Shown: positions 47,889 through 56,976 of the stretch, piece after piece
Numbering within the stretch: the stretch's first letter is position 1
How the letters are laid out: each line of letters starts with the position of its first letter
DNA from: Minisyncoccota bacterium
GTDB lineage: Bacteria; Patescibacteriota; Minisyncoccia; Phycocordibacterales; UBA9973
NCBI GenBank assembly: GCA_041664465.1
Contig: JBAYKP010000001.1
Location: 4,204 to 68,203 of the forward strand
Length of the DNA stretch: 64,000 nt
Direction of reading: 5' to 3'
Program-made: the position numbers and the translations under genes
Notes under the pieces: model-generated
The model's database searches: none
The model's input: the letters and a program-made list of their open reading frames with translations, nothing else
What the model was told of the DNA's origin: nothing

Positions 47889-48479
47889 TTAAATTAATTT
47901 AAAATGTTTTTTAAGTTTTTGTTCATGAAGCATTTTAGTTACAGTAAATACTTCTACATAGCTTAACACTCCCCAAAAATCAGCTATGAAGAGTATCTCA
48001 TCTTCACACTTATAAGGATGAACCCAAACACTTTTTTGAATTTGAATAAAACCTAATTGTTTTAATTTATATCTAAAAGCATTTCGTGATTTTTTAAACC
48101 GTACAGGAAAATCAAAAATAACAACTTGCCATTCCCTATTCCATTTATTAACTTTTTTAATTTCAACTGTATCAATAGCAAATGAGCGTATATGAGATTC
48201 TCCTCTTTTAGTAATTTTTATAATTTGTTGACCATTTTTAGATGATATGAATTCAATCATCTTTTTTCTTTTTAAATAATCAATAGTTTTATTTATTTGT
48301 CTTTTGTTAAATCTTTTACTACCCTTAAATGTTTCAAATAATTGAATAGCATTACCAGCAATTAAAGCAACACCTAAAAAAGCTGAAACAGCTAGAACTC
48401 CTAAAACAATTTTAGTGGCTTTTGCTTCTGCTCTATCTGATTTTAAAAAGCTTTCTATTTGTAAAAGATATTTATCCAT
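47889..48479 (-). CDS. putative regulator: TM anchor + winged helix + Cas2-like/PaaX-C-like domain
   Basis: wing ...KKMIEFISSKNGQQIIKITKRGE; C-terminal WQVVIFDFPVRFKKSRNAFRYKLKQLGFIQIQKSVWVH matches Cas2-fold pattern; start set to ATG (MDKY) rather than upstream TTG. Confidence 0.5.
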   Translation of the reverse strand: MDKYLLQIESFLKSDRAEAKATKIVLGVLAVSAFLGVALIAGNAIQLFETFKGSKRFNKRQINKTIDYLKRKKMIEFISSKNGQQIIKITKRGESHIRSFAIDTVEIKKVNKWNREWQVVIFDFPVRFKKSRNAFRYKLKQLGFIQIQKSVWVHPYKCEDEILFIADFWGVLSYVEVFTVTKMLHEQKLKKHFKLI

Positions 48480-48516
48480 GTCTACTATTTTAGCATATGC
48501 TTGATTTACAGACAAT
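48479..48516. repeat. 38-bp palindromic element, copy B (TGTCTACTATTTTAGCATATGCTTGATTTACAGACAAT), overlapping promoter of regulator-like gene
   Basis: minus-strand reading gives TTGTCT-17 nt-TAAAAT then 7 nt to ATG, i.e. element covers -35/-10. Confidence 0.65.
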
Positions 48517-48533
48517 TAATATATTATTATGTG

Positions 48534-49442
48534 TTATAAGTTAATTAAATTGATAGGATTACTTTTTAAATATGCTTCAATATTATCAATCATCATTTTG
48601 TTTGCTTTTCGATCAGTTACATCAGTATTGTAAGCTATGTGTGGAGTAGCTAAAACTTTTGGTATTTTTGCAAGTTTTATATAAGATAAATCATAGATAT
48701 CACCAACTTGAATTGAGCCGCAATCATTAGCAATCCCTGCTAAAATATTATTATTAAGAGCTTCTAGCATCGCATCAGTATCATATATTTTTGTACTAGT
48801 TGTAGTTATAAAATATGAGCCTTTTTTGAAAGAATTAAAAAAAGTTTCATTAAGTAGATTAATAGTGCTTTCATTCACTCCAAGAGCATCAACTACAACG
48901 TCGGCATCTTTTATTGAATCAATAAGATTATCACCTTTGATAAAATATCTAACATTCATTTCTAAGACTTCACAAATTTCCCCAACCTTAGTACCAATAT
49001 TTCCTTTTCCTAAAATTGTGATATTTTTATTAGACAACCCTCTTGTTTCTTTGGGAATATTTGTTTGAAATTCTAATTTATTTGTCCAATTTGGTAAATC
49101 TCTAAATAAATTAAGAATCATTGCAATCACCCATTCGCTGACCGCCTCTTTATTACAACCAGGACAATTTGAGACTTTAATATTTTTCTCTTTTAATTTT
49201 TGAATGTCAAAAAAACTTACAGCAACAAAAGGCAAAGATAAAAAAACATTTTCTAGTTCTTGATATTTTTTGACTAAACCAAATTTTCCAGTACAGATAA
49301 TATCTGCTTTTTTACATCTTTCTAGCCATTCTTCTGGCGTTTTTGATAAATTTTCATAATACTGAACCTCACCCAACTTATTAAGTCTTTGTCTTTCTTC
49401 TTCATTTAAACCTAAGTCTTGGGTTACTACTATTTTAGTCAT
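48534..49442 (-). CDS. D-isomer-specific 2-hydroxyacid dehydrogenase family (glycerate/phosphoglycerate DH-like)
   Basis: 302 aa; NAD motif ILGKGNIGTKVG, catalytic R/E/H spacing; substrate not assignable. Confidence 0.75.
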   Translation of the reverse strand: MTKIVVTQDLGLNEEERQRLNKLGEVQYYENLSKTPEEWLERCKKADIICTGKFGLVKKYQELENVFLSLPFVAVSFFDIQKLKEKNIKVSNCPGCNKEAVSEWVIAMILNLFRDLPNWTNKLEFQTNIPKETRGLSNKNITILGKGNIGTKVGEICEVLEMNVRYFIKGDNLIDSIKDADVVVDALGVNESTINLLNETFFNSFKKGSYFITTTSTKIYDTDAMLEALNNNILAGIANDCGSIQVGDIYDLSYIKLAKIPKVLATPHIAYNTDVTDRKANKMMIDNIEAYLKSNPINLINL

Positions 49443-49454
49443 AGAAAATTTAAA

Positions 49455-50834
49455 TTACCACCCGAATTCTTTTCCTACGTCTTCAGGAGATTCTCTTTTG
49501 CGAGCGACAACGATGTGGCCGTTCTCGGCAATTATTTTCATAGGCGAAGAAAGAAGACAGTGCTGGGTAGCAAGTGAATCTTCATATGCTCCAGTATCAT
49601 AAACTACGACGTACATAGCTTCTCCACTATTTATATCAAAATCAGGAAAAGCAAGAGCGCCATCTTTACCTTTATAAACATCATCTGAATCACAAGAACA
49701 ACCTGCAAACCAAACATCATTTAAGTCATTATCTCCTTTATTATTTGCTGGAGAAATAGCCCACTTCTGACCAATTGCCCAAGTATCTAGTAAATCATTC
49801 ATAAAGCTACCATCAATTATATACCACTTTTTGGCTGGACTTTTCTTGTTTGAAATAATTTTTGTATCTATAATTTTGAATACTGTAATTTGTGCAGGTG
49901 CTACAATATAACGCCCCCATTCACAAATAAAGTTTGGATGTGGAACTCCTCTCTTTTCTGATTCTTTTTTAATAAGAGTCAGAATTTTCTCCATAAGCTT
50001 ATCTACTGGATAGCCTTTTGTCCTTGTATAAGGAATAGGCATACCACCACCTATATCCAAAGTATCAAGTGAAGGATTCTTCTCTTTCAATTTAAAATAT
50101 GTATCAAGAGCGTATTTAATAGGAACTAAAACATCCGAAAGTTTCTCTATCTGAGAGCCAATATGATAATGAAGAATCTTTAAATTCTTAAATGTACCCA
50201 TTTTCAAAATATCTTTTGATGAAAATCCAAAATGGTCAATAGGTTTATTCCAATAAGAATCTGTTTTGATTGGCATATCTAAACGAATACCAACATCATA
50301 TTTAGAATATTGAAGAAATTTAAGTTCATTTGGTCCTTCTATAATAGGAATTATTTTCAAACCTCGGTGTTGAAGTTCGTCTATTAGATTTATGTATTTA
50401 TCTGTTTTTGGGCCAGAGCAGAAAACTCTAATGCTTGGATTAAACTTCTCCTGTTCAAGCATCTTTTTCACAAGCCAAAGTTCATTGTATGAAGAAGTCT
50501 CTAAGTGTGCTCCTTCTCCTACAATAGACATAACTATCTCTTTACTTTGATTTACTTTCATCGGATAGTGATAAAAGAATTTACCCTTGTATCCTATTTT
50601 TTTCGATAAATTCCCCACTAAATCTATCAAGTCTTCCAGTCTCTCTTCAATGATAAAAGGCATCAATATCTCTAGTGATGTGCCAAATTTCTCTGCTAAA
50701 TATTTTACATTGTAGATATTGTGACCCTCTTTTATGATTAGATCTCCTTCTGTATTAAAATCAAAGTATTGGGTATTAAAATCATTTACACCGAGCTTCC
50801 AAAGTCTCTTAGAAGCAATTGAACGTTTTGTCAT
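49455..50834 (-). CDS. PLP-dependent fold-type III decarboxylase (Orn/DAP/Arg decarboxylase family)
   Basis: 459 aa; HYPMKVN (PLP Lys), HYHIGSQ, C-terminal FAGCSCDSDD; LysA vs arginine decarboxylase not resolvable here. Confidence 0.7.
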   Translation of the reverse strand: MTKRSIASKRLWKLGVNDFNTQYFDFNTEGDLIIKEGHNIYNVKYLAEKFGTSLEILMPFIIEERLEDLIDLVGNLSKKIGYKGKFFYHYPMKVNQSKEIVMSIVGEGAHLETSSYNELWLVKKMLEQEKFNPSIRVFCSGPKTDKYINLIDELQHRGLKIIPIIEGPNELKFLQYSKYDVGIRLDMPIKTDSYWNKPIDHFGFSSKDILKMGTFKNLKILHYHIGSQIEKLSDVLVPIKYALDTYFKLKEKNPSLDTLDIGGGMPIPYTRTKGYPVDKLMEKILTLIKKESEKRGVPHPNFICEWGRYIVAPAQITVFKIIDTKIISNKKSPAKKWYIIDGSFMNDLLDTWAIGQKWAISPANNKGDNDLNDVWFAGCSCDSDDVYKGKDGALAFPDFDINSGEAMYVVVYDTGAYEDSLATQHCLLSSPMKIIAENGHIVVARKRESPEDVGKEFGW

Positions 50835-50940
50835 TTCCTTATATCAGGCATTAATGTTTAGAAGATTCTCCCTAACACCACGGCCTGCAATAAACGATAA
50901 TAATATTAACAATGATAGCAAACCTGAGGGATTTGTAAAG

Positions 50941-50975
50941 AAAATAGCCAGAAAATTTCTTTCTGGCTATCACTC
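50941..50975 (-). terminator. terminator downstream of 149-aa ORF (ATAGCCAGAAA-ATTTC-TTTCTGGCTAT)
   Basis: perfect 11-bp stem; T-rich 3' flank on minus strand. Confidence 0.55.
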
Positions 50976-51024
50976 ATTATATTATGTTCATGTTCTATAT
51001 TTATGAACTTGAGCTGTTTAAAAA

Positions 51025-51474
51025 TTAAAAATAATTTCCTTTTTCAACTTTTCTATTAGTCCAAACTTTATGATTTTCTTTATAAAGCTCTTTCCAATTA
51101 AAGTAATTCATTTGTATATACCCATAATTGCTTAAATTTTTGGGTACAAAACAAATCATAGTAATGGAAACAATGTGCTTGATTCCAAATGTGCGTGATA
51201 GACAAGACTCAGTGCAAAACTCAATAGCTGGGTTAGAGAGATCTAATAATTCAGAAATTTCTTGAACTACTTCGAGAGTTTTTTCTGCACTTGTTTTTCT
51301 AACCAAAGAAGAAAGTAATGATTCCAATTTTAGATATTTTACAGAATCATCAAATTTAATTTGGTGGATAGCAAGACTGGCATCAACTTGCCAGTTATAA
51401 ATCTCCTCGTGGCGTTTTTGGATACCATCTTTATCAAGAAGCACCCATTTAATTTTTGATAGAAGAGTTTCCAT
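51025..51474 (-). CDS. hypothetical protein (149 aa)
   Basis: starts 1 nt after the 63-aa ORF stop; contains an R-x5-H (RTFGIKH) near C-terminus; no family recognised. Confidence 0.3.
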   Translation of the reverse strand: METLLSKIKWVLLDKDGIQKRHEEIYNWQVDASLAIHQIKFDDSVKYLKLESLLSSLVRKTSAEKTLEVVQEISELLDLSNPAIEFCTESCLSRTFGIKHIVSITMICFVPKNLSNYGYIQMNYFNWKELYKENHKVWTNRKVEKGNYF

Positions 51475-51475
51475 A

Positions 51476-51667
51476 CTATTTAAAATAAATATTTAGGAAA
51501 CTTGCAATAAATTCTCCATCTTCCCACTGCACATGGTCAATGGTTTCTTCTACTCTTCCACATAATTTAAGAAGCTCTTTGTCAGAGCAATCACTGGGCC
51601 ATAAATCACCTTGTTCCTCTTTTTTAAAGACAACTTTTTTTGCCTCATTTTCAATCATTACTATCAT
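51476..51667 (-). CDS. hypothetical small protein (63 aa)
   Basis: acidic, upstream partner of 149-aa ORF. Confidence 0.25.
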   Translation of the reverse strand: MIVMIENEAKKVVFKKEEQGDLWPSDCSDKELLKLCGRVEETIDHVQWEDGEFIASFLNIYFK

Positions 51668-51788
51668 AACTTTTAATTTTTATGCCCGTGTCTGTCTTTT
51701 TATAGACTTTTGTAGACTTGAGCGATTTCAAATAGCAAAATCACTATTTCGTGTATATTATATCATAATTATGGTATTTAGTCAATAT

Positions 51789-51822
51789 TAAAAATACCTA
51801 GATTTTACTAGGTATTTTTAAG
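51789..51822. terminator. bidirectional terminator downstream of dnaJ (AATACCTAG-ATTTTA-CTAGGTATT)
   Basis: perfect 9-bp stem flanked by A5 and T5. Confidence 0.65.
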
Positions 51823-51829
51823 AAATCTA

Positions 51830-52915
51830 TTATAACCCTTCTTTCTTAAGTTCCTCTACCAGTTCTTTAGATTTTCGTGAAAGTCTTTTAGGAATATCTA
51901 CTTCGATGCGGATTATTATGTCGCCTCTACTTCCACCGACTGGTACTCCTTTACCACGAACACGGAGCATTTCACCATTATTTATACCTTCTGGAATTTT
52001 TACTTCTATATTTTTATTATCAAGAGTTTTTAAATTATAAGTTATTCCAAGTAAGGCATCAGTAAGCTTTATGTTTAAATCCATTATTAAATTCGAATCT
52101 TCTCTCGTATAAAGAGTGTGTTTTTTAACATTTAATTTGATATACAAATCACCACTCTCTCCACCTTTGATTGATTCACCCTTACCTCGAACACGGAGTG
52201 ACTCGCCATTGTTTACTCCACTAGGAATCTTTACGCTTATATCTTCATTTGTTTTAAGGACTCCAGCACCACGACAATTGCTACATTTCTCAGATGGAAT
52301 TTTTCCAGCCCCTCCGCAATTCTCACAAGTTTTCGTCGTGGCAAAGTTTCCAAGTATTGAACGGCGAACTTCACGAACTTGACCCTGGCCTCCGCAAGTC
52401 TTACAAGTATCCATCTTGGTACCCACTTTAGCACCAGTTCCACTACAGACATTACAGATTGATTGTTTGTTTACATTTATTTTTTTCTCTACTCCAAAAA
52501 TAGATTCTTCAAAAGTTAAAGTTATATCTGTTTGTAGGTCTCTACCCTTATGAGCTTTCGCTTTGCTTCTGCCCCCACCAAAGAAATCTCCAAAGATGTC
52601 TCCAAGATCCCCCATATCAAATTCCATGCCATTCTGGCCTCCTCTGAAATCAAATCCACCAAAGCCTCCTTGACCACCAAATCCAGCCCCACCGAAGCCT
52701 TGTGGGCCATCCGCATTGCCAAATTGATCATAGGAAGAGCGCTTCTTGTCATCCGAAAGAACTTGATAAGCTTCATTCACCTCTTTGAACTTTTTATCAT
52801 CACCATTATTCTTGTCTGGATGGTGCGTATGAGCAAGCTTATGAAAAGCCTTCTTTATTTCTTCTTTTGAAGCATTTTTCTCTACTCCTAATGTTTTGTA
52901 ATAATCTTTGGGCAT
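51830..52915 (-). CDS. dnaJ: Chaperone DnaJ
   Basis: 361 aa; J-domain HPD, G/F-rich linker, four CxxCxGxG zinc-finger repeats. Confidence 0.9.
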   Translation of the reverse strand: MPKDYYKTLGVEKNASKEEIKKAFHKLAHTHHPDKNNGDDKKFKEVNEAYQVLSDDKKRSSYDQFGNADGPQGFGGAGFGGQGGFGGFDFRGGQNGMEFDMGDLGDIFGDFFGGGRSKAKAHKGRDLQTDITLTFEESIFGVEKKINVNKQSICNVCSGTGAKVGTKMDTCKTCGGQGQVREVRRSILGNFATTKTCENCGGAGKIPSEKCSNCRGAGVLKTNEDISVKIPSGVNNGESLRVRGKGESIKGGESGDLYIKLNVKKHTLYTREDSNLIMDLNIKLTDALLGITYNLKTLDNKNIEVKIPEGINNGEMLRVRGKGVPVGGSRGDIIIRIEVDIPKRLSRKSKELVEELKKEGL

Positions 52916-52928
52916 AATTATAGTGTAG

Positions 52929-53002
52929 CGGGATTATTAAAATTACGAGTCGCGTCGGAGCCCAGTACTCTGGGTAAAGCGCGAATAATTTTAATAATCC
53001 CG
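52929..53002. other. 74-nt nested palindrome between dnaK and dnaJ
   Basis: perfect 17-bp inverted repeat CGGGATTATTAAAATTA / TAATTTTAATAATCCCG enclosing TCGCG/CGCGA and CCCAG-TACT-CTGGG; T-run follows on + strand only. Confidence 0.55.
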
Positions 53003-53015
53003 CGGAACATATTTT

Positions 53016-54911
53016 TTATTTTTGTTCTGGATTCTCGTTTACTTCTGCGTCCTTGATTTCTGGCTCTTGAGCCTCTGGTGTAGGATTTGCACCTTCTGGT
53101 TGTGCAGCTCCGGCCTTACTCATAGCTTCACCAATCTTAGACATTTCAGTAGAAAGTTCTTCTGTGGCTTTCTTAATAGCTTCCATATCTCCTCCATCTT
53201 TTGCAGTTTTCAAAGCAGTAATTTTGGCTTCTACTTCTGTTTTTATTTCAGGAGTTACTTTGTCTCCATAATCTTTGACAGATTTCTCGGCAGTGAAGAT
53301 CATCATCTCCGCTGTATTTTTGATATCTGCAAGTTCCTTCTTCTTTGCATCTTCTTCAGCATGAGCTGCGGCATCATCTTGCATTTTCTTGATATCAGCA
53401 TCAGTAAGACCAGATGAAGCTTCAATACGAATGGACTGAACTTTCCCTGAAGCTTTATCCATTGCTTTGACATTTAAGATTCCATTGGCATCTACATCAA
53501 AAGTAACTTCCACTTGAGGAATACCACGAGGTGAAGGTGGAATACCATCTAAGATAAATCTTCCAAGACTCTTGTTGTCACTTGCCATTGGACGTTCACC
53601 TTGAGTAATGTGTATTTCTACACTTGTCTGATTGTCAGCAGCAGTTGAGAATATTTGAGACTTTGATGAAGGAATTGTAGTATTCCTTTCTACTAGCTTA
53701 GTAGCCACTCCTCCTAATGTCTCAATTCCAAGTGAAAGTGGAATTACATCAAGAAGAAGAACATCACGAACGTCCCCTTGTAAGACACCTGCTTGTACAG
53801 CTGCACCGAGAGCTACCACTTCATCTGGATTGATAGAACGATTTGGCTCTTTGCCGAATAATTTCTTCACAGCTTCGACTATCATCGGCATTCTTGTCTG
53901 ACCTCCAACTAGGATTATTTCATTGATTTCATTCATCTTGAATGGTGAAGCTTCAATAGCGCGCTTCGTTATATCAATAGAGCGAGTAACATACTCTTCG
54001 GCAAGAGATTCTAGAACTGCACGAGACATCTTCAAGAGCAAGTGCTTTGGCCCTGAAGCATCGGAAGTTATGAATGGGATATTTATTTCCGAGTCAGTTG
54101 TAGTTGAGAGTTCATGTTTTGTCTTCTCTGCAGCTTCCTTTAAGCGTTGCAATGCAAGCATATCTTTCGTAACATCTATCCCCGATTCTTTCTTGTATTC
54201 ATCGGCAATCCACTTCACAATCTTCTGATCAATATCTTCACCGCCCATATGTGAGTCGCCGTCTGTAGACTTCACTTCGATAACATCATCTCCAACTTCA
54301 AGAACTGAAACATCGAATGTTCCGCCTCCAAAGTCGTAGACAACTATCTTCTCATTTTTCTTTGTATTAAATCCATATGCAAGAGCAGCTGCGGTAGGCT
54401 CATTAATGATTCTCTTCACATCAAGACCTGCGATAACTCCGGCATCTTTTGTAGCTTTTCTTTGAGCATCGTTGAAGTAAGCAGGCACGGTAATAACCGC
54501 TTCGGTAATTTTCTCACCAAGTTTTGCTTCTACGTCAGTCTTAATCTTACTCAAGATCATTGCAGAAATTTCTTCGGGACGAAGCCACTTATCTCCCATT
54601 TTTACTTCTACTCCTCCGGTACTGCCCTTTTGAATTTTGTAAGGAATTGTCTTCTCGTCTTTTTGAATTTCTGGATCGTCATACATGTGACCAACAAAAC
54701 GTTTAATACCATAAACAGTATTTTCAGGATTCGTCACTGCTTGACGCTTGGCAAGCATGCCCACCATTCTGTCGCCATTTTTTGTAATAGCTACGACTGA
54801 TGGAGTTGTACGTGCACCTTCAATATTCTCAATAATTTTCGGTTGACCTCCTTCTATAATAGCAACCGCACTATTTGTTGTACCCAAATCTATACCTATA
54901 ATTTTACTCAT
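53016..54911 (-). CDS. dnaK: Chaperone DnaK (Hsp70)
   Basis: 631 aa; [18 protein letters not shown], Hsp70 signatures throughout. Confidence 0.95.
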   Translation of the reverse strand: MSKIIGIDLGTTNSAVAIIEGGQPKIIENIEGARTTPSVVAITKNGDRMVGMLAKRQAVTNPENTVYGIKRFVGHMYDDPEIQKDEKTIPYKIQKGSTGGVEVKMGDKWLRPEEISAMILSKIKTDVEAKLGEKITEAVITVPAYFNDAQRKATKDAGVIAGLDVKRIINEPTAAALAYGFNTKKNEKIVVYDFGGGTFDVSVLEVGDDVIEVKSTDGDSHMGGEDIDQKIVKWIADEYKKESGIDVTKDMLALQRLKEAAEKTKHELSTTTDSEINIPFITSDASGPKHLLLKMSRAVLESLAEEYVTRSIDITKRAIEASPFKMNEINEIILVGGQTRMPMIVEAVKKLFGKEPNRSINPDEVVALGAAVQAGVLQGDVRDVLLLDVIPLSLGIETLGGVATKLVERNTTIPSSKSQIFSTAADNQTSVEIHITQGERPMASDNKSLGRFILDGIPPSPRGIPQVEVTFDVDANGILNVKAMDKASGKVQSIRIEASSGLTDADIKKMQDDAAAHAEEDAKKKELADIKNTAEMMIFTAEKSVKDYGDKVTPEIKTEVEAKITALKTAKDGGDMEAIKKATEELSTEMSKIGEAMSKAGAAQPEGANPTPEAQEPEIKDAEVNENPEQK

Positions 54912-54987
54912 ATGATTTTATATTTTAATTAATAATTTGATAATAAAATTTAAACCATCTCTAGTATACACTTACATTATATTTTTG

Positions 54988-55017
54988 ACAAGTATTTAGC
55001 GACCGCAAAATACTTGT
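54988..55017. promoter_or_regulatory. perfect palindrome ACAAGTATTT-N10-AAATACTTGT in divergent dnaK / regulator promoter region
   Basis: left arm overlaps -35-like TTGTCA of dnaK (with TATACT -10 at 54963-54968), right arm abuts -35-like TTGAAT/-10 TATAAT of the + strand gene; not CIRCE. Confidence 0.5.
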
Positions 55018-55054
55018 TGAATATTATATTCATATATGATATAATGTCAATATT

Positions 55055-55582
55055 ATGAAAAAGCGTGATTTTTCAAGGAAAATTATAAAAATTCTATCGG
55101 AAAGACCGGCTGTCTCTGTCCCAGAGCTAGAAGAAAGAATAGTTTTAGACAAGGAGGGTCAATATGCTCTGAATCGCTCTATAAAGAGCCTCAAAGATGC
55201 TGGATTTATAGAAAGTATTGATTCTGGACAGAATCAATATGCCAAACTCACAAAAGAAGGTAAAAAAAGAGCCAATAGCTTAAAACTTGAATGTGAGAAT
55301 GCCATTATCAGTAATACTTGGGATGGATACTGGCGAATAATACTTCTAGATATCCCAGAAGAAAGAAAAAGTGAACGTGAAGCTCTCCGCTATTTATTAA
55401 AAAAGGCTGGATTTGTTTGCTTAAAGAATTCCGTTTGGATATCTATGTACCCTTTCGAACACCTCTTCACAAATATTAAAAAAGATCTCAATCTCTCTGC
55501 TGAACTCATCATAATTGTCACTGACAAAATCGACGAAGAAACAGAAAAAGAATTTTTTAGTCTTTGCGGAATTCAAAAATAG
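55055..55582 (+). CDS. putative regulator: winged helix + Cas2-like/PaaX-C-like domain (paralog of 47889-48479)
   Basis: 175 aa; wHTH ...SVPELEERIV...DAGFIESIDSGQNQYAKLTKEG; C-terminal WRIILLDIPEERKSEREALRYLLKKAGFVCLKNSVWIS aligns with paralog. Confidence 0.5.
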   Translation: MKKRDFSRKIIKILSERPAVSVPELEERIVLDKEGQYALNRSIKSLKDAGFIESIDSGQNQYAKLTKEGKKRANSLKLECENAIISNTWDGYWRIILLDIPEERKSEREALRYLLKKAGFVCLKNSVWISMYPFEHLFTNIKKDLNLSAELIIIVTDKIDEETEKEFFSLCGIQK

Positions 55583-56135
55583 TCACTTTGGCTGGGCGGA
55601 TGACGCGATCTCCTATTCTGTACCCTACTTGGAGGACTTTTTCTACAGTATGATCTTTATCTTCGTCATCTGTCTCTACTATACTTATAGACTGATGAAT
55701 ACTAGGATCAAAAGGGACTTCTATTTCGTAAATCTTTTCAATTCCTGATTTTTCTAAACCAGAGAGGAGTTGTTGATAAATAGAAGTGATGCCATCTTGC
55801 CAATCTTTATCTATCTTCTCCCAGTGTTCTTTGTTACTAAATGCCATCTCAAAGCTATCAAGTGCAGGAAGTAATTTCTCAGTCATTTTCTCTTTTGTAA
55901 GAATAGCGACATTTACGCGAGCTAGATCTAGCTCTTTCTGCAAGTTTACATAATCAGCTTTAGCTCTCTGCCAGCCAGTTAAATATTCTTCTTTTTCCTT
56001 CCTTACAGCCTTAATTTCTTCGCGAAGTTTCTTCACTACATCTTTCGTAGGTAATGCTTCCCCATCTTCTGTACTATCTACAAAAGTTAAATCTTCAAAA
56101 TCATCTTCCCCTTTTTTTATTTCTTTGTCATTCAT
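55557..56135 (-). CDS. grpE: Nucleotide exchange factor GrpE
   Basis: 192 aa; coiled-coil WQRAKADYVNLQKE, FDPSIHQ, GY..GDRVIRPAKV; 3' end overlaps convergent regulator gene by 26 nt. Confidence 0.85.
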   Translation of the reverse strand: MNDKEIKKGEDDFEDLTFVDSTEDGEALPTKDVVKKLREEIKAVRKEKEEYLTGWQRAKADYVNLQKELDLARVNVAILTKEKMTEKLLPALDSFEMAFSNKEHWEKIDKDWQDGITSIYQQLLSGLEKSGIEKIYEIEVPFDPSIHQSISIVETDDEDKDHTVEKVLQVGYRIGDRVIRPAKVTIFEFRKD

Positions 56136-56149
56136 TCCTTTATAGTATA

Positions 56150-56183
56150 CAAAATCAGAGACTTTTTCAAGTCTCTGATTTTT
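56150..56183 (-). terminator. terminator downstream of rpsI (TCAGAGAC-loop-GTCTCTGA + T5)
   Basis: 8-bp stem and T-run; grpE -35/-10-like hexamers embedded. Confidence 0.6.
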
Positions 56184-56189
56184 AAAATA

Positions 56190-56612
56190 TTAACGTTTAC
56201 TCCATTGTGGGGACTTTCTTGCTTTCTTGAGTCCGAATTTCTTACGTTCAACTTGACGAGGGTCACGCTTGAGCATTTTAGCTTTCTTGAGTGAAGTACG
56301 AAGTTCTGCATCAAAGAGGACTAAGGCACGAGATATACCATGACGAACTGCTTCGGCTTGGGCATGTGAGCCTCCGCCCTTAGTAGTAACTACTATTTCA
56401 AATTTTTCAGCCGGAGTTCCTGTCTCGATAGCTCCTGTCACTATCTTTTTCAATTCTGCGGTGGGGAAATATTCTGTAAAATCTTTACCATTTATCTTGT
56501 AAGTTGTCTTTGTAGCTTTATACAAGCGTACTACTGCCACTGCAGTCTTGCGACGGCCGATAGCCCTAAAATATTCTTTACCTTTTTCTTTTGTTGTTTT
56601 TTTCTCAGTCAT
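56190..56612 (-). CDS. rpsI: Ribosomal protein S9
   Basis: 140 aa; GGGSHAQAEAVRHGISRAL...KKARKSPQWSKR. Confidence 0.9.
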   Translation of the reverse strand: MTEKKTTKEKGKEYFRAIGRRKTAVAVVRLYKATKTTYKINGKDFTEYFPTAELKKIVTGAIETGTPAEKFEIVVTTKGGGSHAQAEAVRHGISRALVLFDAELRTSLKKAKMLKRDPRQVERKKFGLKKARKSPQWSKR

Positions 56613-56620
56613 GATATATT

Positions 56621-56971
56621 TTAATCTGTTATTGTTAAACGTTTCATCATTAATGGTCTTAGTTTATTTGAAGGAAGCATACCGAAAACAGCAAGCTCAT
56701 AAAGTCCTTTCCAACCCTTTTTGTCTATTATCTTTGCATTTGTTTTAACCTTGAATCCTCCTGGTTGACCTGAATAAGTCTCGTGGAGGGTCTCTTTCAT
56801 TCTTCTTTCAGACATCTTTGTCTTTGATGCATTCTTAATATAAACGCGAACATCTGCGACTTGGTTAGCAGTATAATCTGCAGATGTCTTGCCCATAAGA
56901 GCCTTGGCAGCGGCACTTGCAACACGGCCTAGAACTTTATCGGTTGCATCAATTGTGTGTACTTTTGTCAT
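56621..56971 (-). CDS. rplM: Ribosomal protein L13
   Basis: 116 aa; uL13 pattern, rplM-rpsI order. Confidence 0.9.
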   Translation of the reverse strand: MTKVHTIDATDKVLGRVASAAAKALMGKTSADYTANQVADVRVYIKNASKTKMSERRMKETLHETYSGQPGGFKVKTNAKIIDKKGWKGLYELAVFGMLPSNKLRPLMMKRLTITD

Positions 56972-56976
56972 AAATA

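Noticed and set aside
47842-48516. Insertion sequence bounded by the two 38-bp elements
   Set aside because: The two 38-bp elements are direct, not inverted, copies, and the single enclosed gene has no transposase/integrase motifs (no DDE or Tyr/Ser recombinase signatures); an operator interpretation fits better, though a small mobile cassette is not excluded.
54990-55015. CIRCE heat-shock operator upstream of dnaK
   Set aside because: Sequence TTTAGCGACCGCAAAATAC does not match TTAGCACTC-N9-GAGTGCTAA; the real palindrome is ACAAGTATTT-N10-AAATACTTGT.
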